DNA from: Octopus sinensis | Lineage: Eukaryota | Assembly (NCBI RefSeq): GCF_006345805.1 | Contig: NC_043004.1 | Location: 25,482,001-25,546,000, forward strand | Length of the DNA: 64,000 bases | Direction: 5' to 3' | Shown: one piece after another, positions 59,339 through 64,000 of the stretch | Numbering within the stretch: the first letter of the stretch is position 1 | Layout: each line of letters begins with the position of its first letter | Notes under the pieces: generated by a model | What the model was told of the DNA's origin: nothing | The model's input: only the letters and a program-made list of their open reading frames with translations | The model's database searches: none | Translations under genes and position numbers: made by a program

Positions 59339-62113
59339 CAGACATGTCAAACTCCTGGCCTGCAGGCCTCTTCCGGCCCATGCAGCAATTTCATCCAGCC
59401 TGCAAGACCATTTTGATATCAGTATGAAATTGGTCCAAATGGTGGCATCAGCAAATAGAGTACTTTGCTGCCCCCAGCAACACCCATGCCTTCTTGTTAC
59501 AACTACACATACATAGTGTGTGGCAAAAGCAGGCCATTACATTATATATAGGACTGACTGCACTACTTTTCTTACTAAGGGTGTCACCAAAAGTAGCAAT
59601 AATTTAATACATGACTAGAAACAACACTGTAACTATTACACCCTGTCTGTACAAAAAAGCACATTAAAGAGGTATGATAACGCAATCACAAGTCTCAATT
59701 GTAACTGTAACAAAGCATGCTGGGAAATGCCTCCTTTGATTCTCTAATTGCGTTGTGAAGCATTGATAACGCAAAATCTACTTATCCTATAATGCACTGC
59801 AACAGCCACCTTACTGCTCTTTCGGGCGATCATTTTTACGTGATGTCATTCAGTAATAGTAGCTATCTATATTAATGGTCAAGAGAAAATTCGATGCTGA
59901 AAGCAGAGCCTTTCAAATCTGGTGGGAAACCGAGTACATGTTTACTGACATTGATGGTAAACCCGTGTGTCTTAATTGTGGTGCTAATGTTGTTGTACTT
60001 AAAGAGTATAATCTCAAACACCACTACGAGACAAAATATCAGGACTAGTATAAATAGCTTGCTGTTGAGCAGAAGCAACGAAAGGTGCATGAGTTGAAGA
60101 GGGATCTCACATTACAACAGGCTTTTTTAACCAAAGCAAAATTACAAAGTGAAGCTGCTGGTAAAGCAAGTTTTGTTGTGGCAGAGGAGATCACAAAATC
60201 AGCCTGGCCATTTACCAAAGGAGAGTTTGAGAAGAGTTGCGTGAAGAAAATGTGTAACGTTTTGTGTCCAGACAGGAAGCAACTGTTTGCTAATGTGAGT
60301 ATTAGCAGAAATACAGTTGCTGATTGGGTGTGTGAGATGGCCACTGATTTGAAAATACAGTTGATTGAAAAAGGAAAAAAATTTGTTGCATACTCTGTTG
60401 CTGTGAATGAGACTATTGACACGACTGATACAGCACAGCTAGCTATTTTTATATGTGGATTGGACTCCGATTTGTTCTCTGTGGAGGAAATTTTGGATAT
60501 TAAATCAATGCATGGGACAACAACAGGAAAGGACCTTTTCGAAAAATATGTCAGAGTGTAACTGACATAAAATTGCCTTGGGACAAACTTGTTGGATTTA
60601 CAACAGTTGGAGCACCAGCGATGTGTGGAGAAAAAAGTGGACTAGTGGGTAGGATACGTTTAAAGATGCATGAAGAGAACTGCGCTGGCAAGTTGACAAC
60701 ATATCACTGCATCATACACCAGGAAATGCTGAGTGATAAAGTCTTAAAAATGGAACATGTAACAAACACTGTAATGCAAACAGTAAACTTTGTTCGAGAA
60801 AAAAGGGTTAAATCATTGCCTATTCCAGTCTTGCCTGTGGGAAATGCATTCAGAGTTCGGTGACGTGCCTTATAATATGGAGGTGCGGTGGCTCAGTTGA
60901 GGAAAGGTCCTTGACATAGTTTTTGAGCTGGTTGAGGAGATATGTCAGTTCTGACCTCCATAATGCTATGATGGACCGTGAAGTCTGGCGTAGCATGGTT
61001 AATTCCATTGTCTCGACCACGGTCGAGCAATGATGATGATGATGATGTCAGTTCATGGACAGTAAAGGAAATGAATCTGAAGTTCTGCTGGATGAAAAGT
61101 GGAAATGCGAGTTGGTGTTTCTGGTTGACATAACTGCGTATCTCAATGTTTTAGATATCCATCTCCAGGGGCGGGATCACATGATCTGTGATATGTATGA
61201 TGCAGTAAAGGCATTTCAAGTGAACCTGCGTTTATGGAAGACACCAATACACCAATTGAACTTGTTTCACTTTCCCTGTTTCCAAGTAATACCGAGCGAA
61301 GTCAGTGCCATGGTGTTCCTAAAGCAACACTTCGCTGATCAATTGAGTGTGCCCCATACTGAATTTGCACAGTGCTTTAGTGACTTTGAAGCGCAGAAAA
61401 ATAATTTTGAGCTGCTTCGCAACCTATTTGCCATCAGTGTGAAAACTGTACAGATTCAAATGGAACTGATAGAACTTAAGTGTAATGGGACATTAAAAGC
61501 AAAGTACAACTCTGTAGGGCCTGCACAATTCACTTGTTTCACACCTGAAGCATTGCCCCAGCTCCATTTCCATGCAGCTCAAACACTGTCTTTGTTTGGA
61601 AGCACATATCTGTGCAAGCAGCTGTTCTCTGTGACGAAGATGAAAAAAACGTCACATAGGAGTCGTCCCACAGATGAACATCTGCAATCTATCTTGAGAG
61701 TCTCAACAACACAGAACTTTGTCCCAAACTGCAATGAACTCATTGCCAAGAAAAGATGCCAAGTATATAACTCAGACAAAATTGCATAAAGAAAATTGAA
61801 AGTTTTCTTTATTATTTTAATTTTCACTAAAAAGCACATTTTAAAAATTTATATTGTCTTTTTTTTTGCAACATGTTTTTATTTTAAATTTTTATAATTT
61901 TGACAGGTGATATTTTTATGCAGAGCAAAATATTTTAAGTAATTTAAGTTAGAGTTAATATATTTTTGGAATAAAATTATATACTAGCTGTTTCAATACA
62001 TGTTCATGTTCAAAAAGTTTTAGACTGTTCAATAAATGTTTATCCTCTTCGGCCCATGACCTAAAGTGTGCTTTCAGATTTGGCTCCCTGTGCGATTGAG
62101 TTTGACACCCCTG
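59339..62113 (+). mobile_element. hAT (Buster/Charlie, GTF2IRD2-like) DNA transposon, complete ends, inactivated transposase (ATG 59875 to stop 61789)
   Basis: TIRs CAGACATGTCAAACTC / CAGGGGTGTCAAACTC (13/16). Perfect 8-bp TSD CTATAAAG (59331-59338, 62114-62121) with central TA. BED finger KPVCLNC...KHHYETK, YHCIIHQE, LFGSTYLCKQLFS. Several stops and frameshifts. Confidence 0.92.
60952..61044 (+). mobile_element. 93-bp 5'-truncated LINE tail inserted in the hAT transposase
   Basis: TSD ATGTCAGTTC at 60942-60951 and 61045-61054, with a (TGA)n tail. Removal restores EEICQFMDSKG. Confidence 0.85.
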
Positions 62114-62439
62114 CTATAAAGGCTACAAGACATGACATAGACAGTTACAATGGAAACTATGAAGCTGTGACCGACAGGAAGAAACACAGCTGATGTTCTG
62201 ATTGTGTCTGCACATTGGAATCCATCCAACAGCTGATAAATAAGGCCTTGGCTATGTGAAACTACTGGAAGGAAAAGAAAACACAATATCCCATCCAGCA
62301 GTAACTCTCACCAGCCAGAGTTTGACCAGCCTTCATCCGGTATCTTGGGGAAATTTTGAACCTGGGTTCTCATTTCTAAGGTATTTTTCGATGTTGTTGT
62401 TGTTATCATCATCATTATTATTATTACTTGGTGCATGTT

Positions 62440-62585
62440 ATTAATACGTCCAATTGGATTCAGGACATCCGTATACATGAAGCTGACCTTCACTGGACGA
62501 TACCTCAACTTCAATTCCCACCATCCATACAGGGTAAAGAGAGGGATTGCTCAGTGCCTAAAACATTGAGCAAAGAATATAAGTA
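62440..62585 (+). mobile_element. Penelope-like element fragment
   Basis: VYMKLTFTGRYLNFNSHHPYRVKRGIAQCLKH from 62471, matching the PLE VYRKPT.T..YL.F.S.HP motif. Confidence 0.75.
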
Positions 62586-64000
62586 GCGATCGTGGTTCCG
62601 GGTTCAGTCTCATTTATACTGTCTAATATAATCAAACAGGCATGGCTGTGTAGTAAGAATTTTGCTTCCTATCCACATTGTTTTGGGTTCAGTCCCACTT
62701 AGGCAGGTGTCTTTTGCTATAGCCTTGGGCTGACCAAAGCTTTGTAAGTGGATTTGGTACATGGAAACTGAAGGAAGCCAGTCACTTATGATCATCATCA
62801 TCATCATCATTTAATGAGCGTTGTCCATGCTGGCATGGGTATTCCCAACCACTGATTGATAACCAGTGTCGGTGTATTTATGTCCCCATAACTTAACAGT
62901 TTGGCAAAAGAGACCAATAGAATAAGTACCAGGGCTGCAGTCTAATAACTGAAACAAATAAAAGATAAAAGATCAAATTAGTTTTTAAAATACAATTTAC
63001 TCCATATGAAAGAAAAATTTTTCACATCAAAAACATATTTTTCATGTAAAATGCATATTTTTTGCATAATATAATACACCACTTTTGTCGCTCAAGGTAT
63101 AAAGCCATTTTGTATTATTCAGGGTTGTCTACAAAATTTACAAACCACTTAACAATTGTTAATTTAAAAGCAAATAGTTATTATATTAAAATTCAACTTT
63201 TTCATCATTCAAATGCATAAAACTATTTCTTACATTTTATCACATTTTTCCAGTCCCAAACCATTCTTGTATGACTATATTTTCTCCCTGTTTAGGTATT
63301 GAAATCGAATTTTGGGATTTAGCCCCCACCACTCACTGAAATTAGTAATTTTTATTAAAACATGTCCTTTTAACTATTTAAGAGTTCTTTCTTTAGTTTT
63401 TCATGATTTACTTGACAAACCCATTACCACCACCATTGCCATGTTCTTTCAAACAACAATTTTGGCTAACACCTTTGACCATATTTTGTAGCTCAATAGT
63501 TCTACCACTCTTTGACATGCTTATATAATCAAAAAAGCACTGCAGCACTCATGACTTTGGATACATTCTACATGCTCAGAATTGTTGAAGTATTGTATAA
63601 ATTAACTGCCAACATAAATTACTTATGGTATTTGTTATATCCTTCAAAAATACCATGCTTTCCAAAATTCTCTAACACTGTAACTGACTTGCCTATGAAC
63701 CCTTTCCTCTTTATGGCTCTTTTATTGTTCACTTTCTATTTTGTATTTTATTCTGTTATTGTACATCTACTTATAGCTTTCATTGCTGTCTTTCTTTACT
63801 TGATTTATGACTGCTTTCTGTCTTCTCTTTTGCCTTTTGTGACATGTTGTAGGGCTCCTGAGCACTGTATACTATAAATTCATTATCATATAATTAATTG
63901 ACTGGTTCTTGCCAAAACTCACCACAATTAATTAATTTGGAGCTTGGCTTTAACAAGTCAGACTTCAAACTAATTAAATGTGGTGTGCATTGGCAAGATT

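Noticed and set aside
61055-61789. 244-aa ORF as a domesticated GTF2IRD2/ZBED-type host gene
   Set aside because: It is the C-terminal part of a TIR- and TSD-bounded hAT with upstream stops, frameshifts and a LINE insertion.

Overview
AT-rich, repeat-dense animal genomic DNA. The repeat families (tRNA-derived SINEs, RTE LINEs with (GAT)n tails) and the intronless C2H2 arrays suggest a coleoid cephalopod such as Octopus; this is an inference. Three host genes are supported. Two are paralogous, convergently oriented polydactyl C2H2 zinc-finger genes with no recognisable KRAB, SCAN, BTB or ZAD domain (2925-4934 +, 22 finger units; 24339-26432 -, 23 fingers). The third is a two-coding-exon N-terminal Xaa-Pro-Lys methyltransferase (NTMT1, minus strand, 56195-56043 + 50367-49858, 220 aa). 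The rest is mostly decayed, often nested, transposons: RTE and BovB-like LINEs, Tx1/L1, CR1-like, mariner DD34D, maT DD37D, piggyBac, hAT, Merlin, Helitron and Penelope fragments, plus SINEs and MITEs. The main signals are: (i) the ZNF pair shows finger-level duplication and shuffling, a shared ancestral truncating frameshift, and a non-coding 340-bp block about 96% identical between paralogs, against about 86% in the N-terminal coding region; (ii) a GG-terminated, 8-bp-TSD Merlin-like foldback family sits just upstream of all three genes; (iii) a cluster of fold-back palindromes lies upstream of NTMT1; (iv) a maT catalytic Asp is apparently destroyed by a 2-nt hairpin-loop micro-inversion; (v) a cryptic 27-bp repeat reads as a nonapeptide repeat. 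All alignments, counts and folds were done by eye; no database searches were run.
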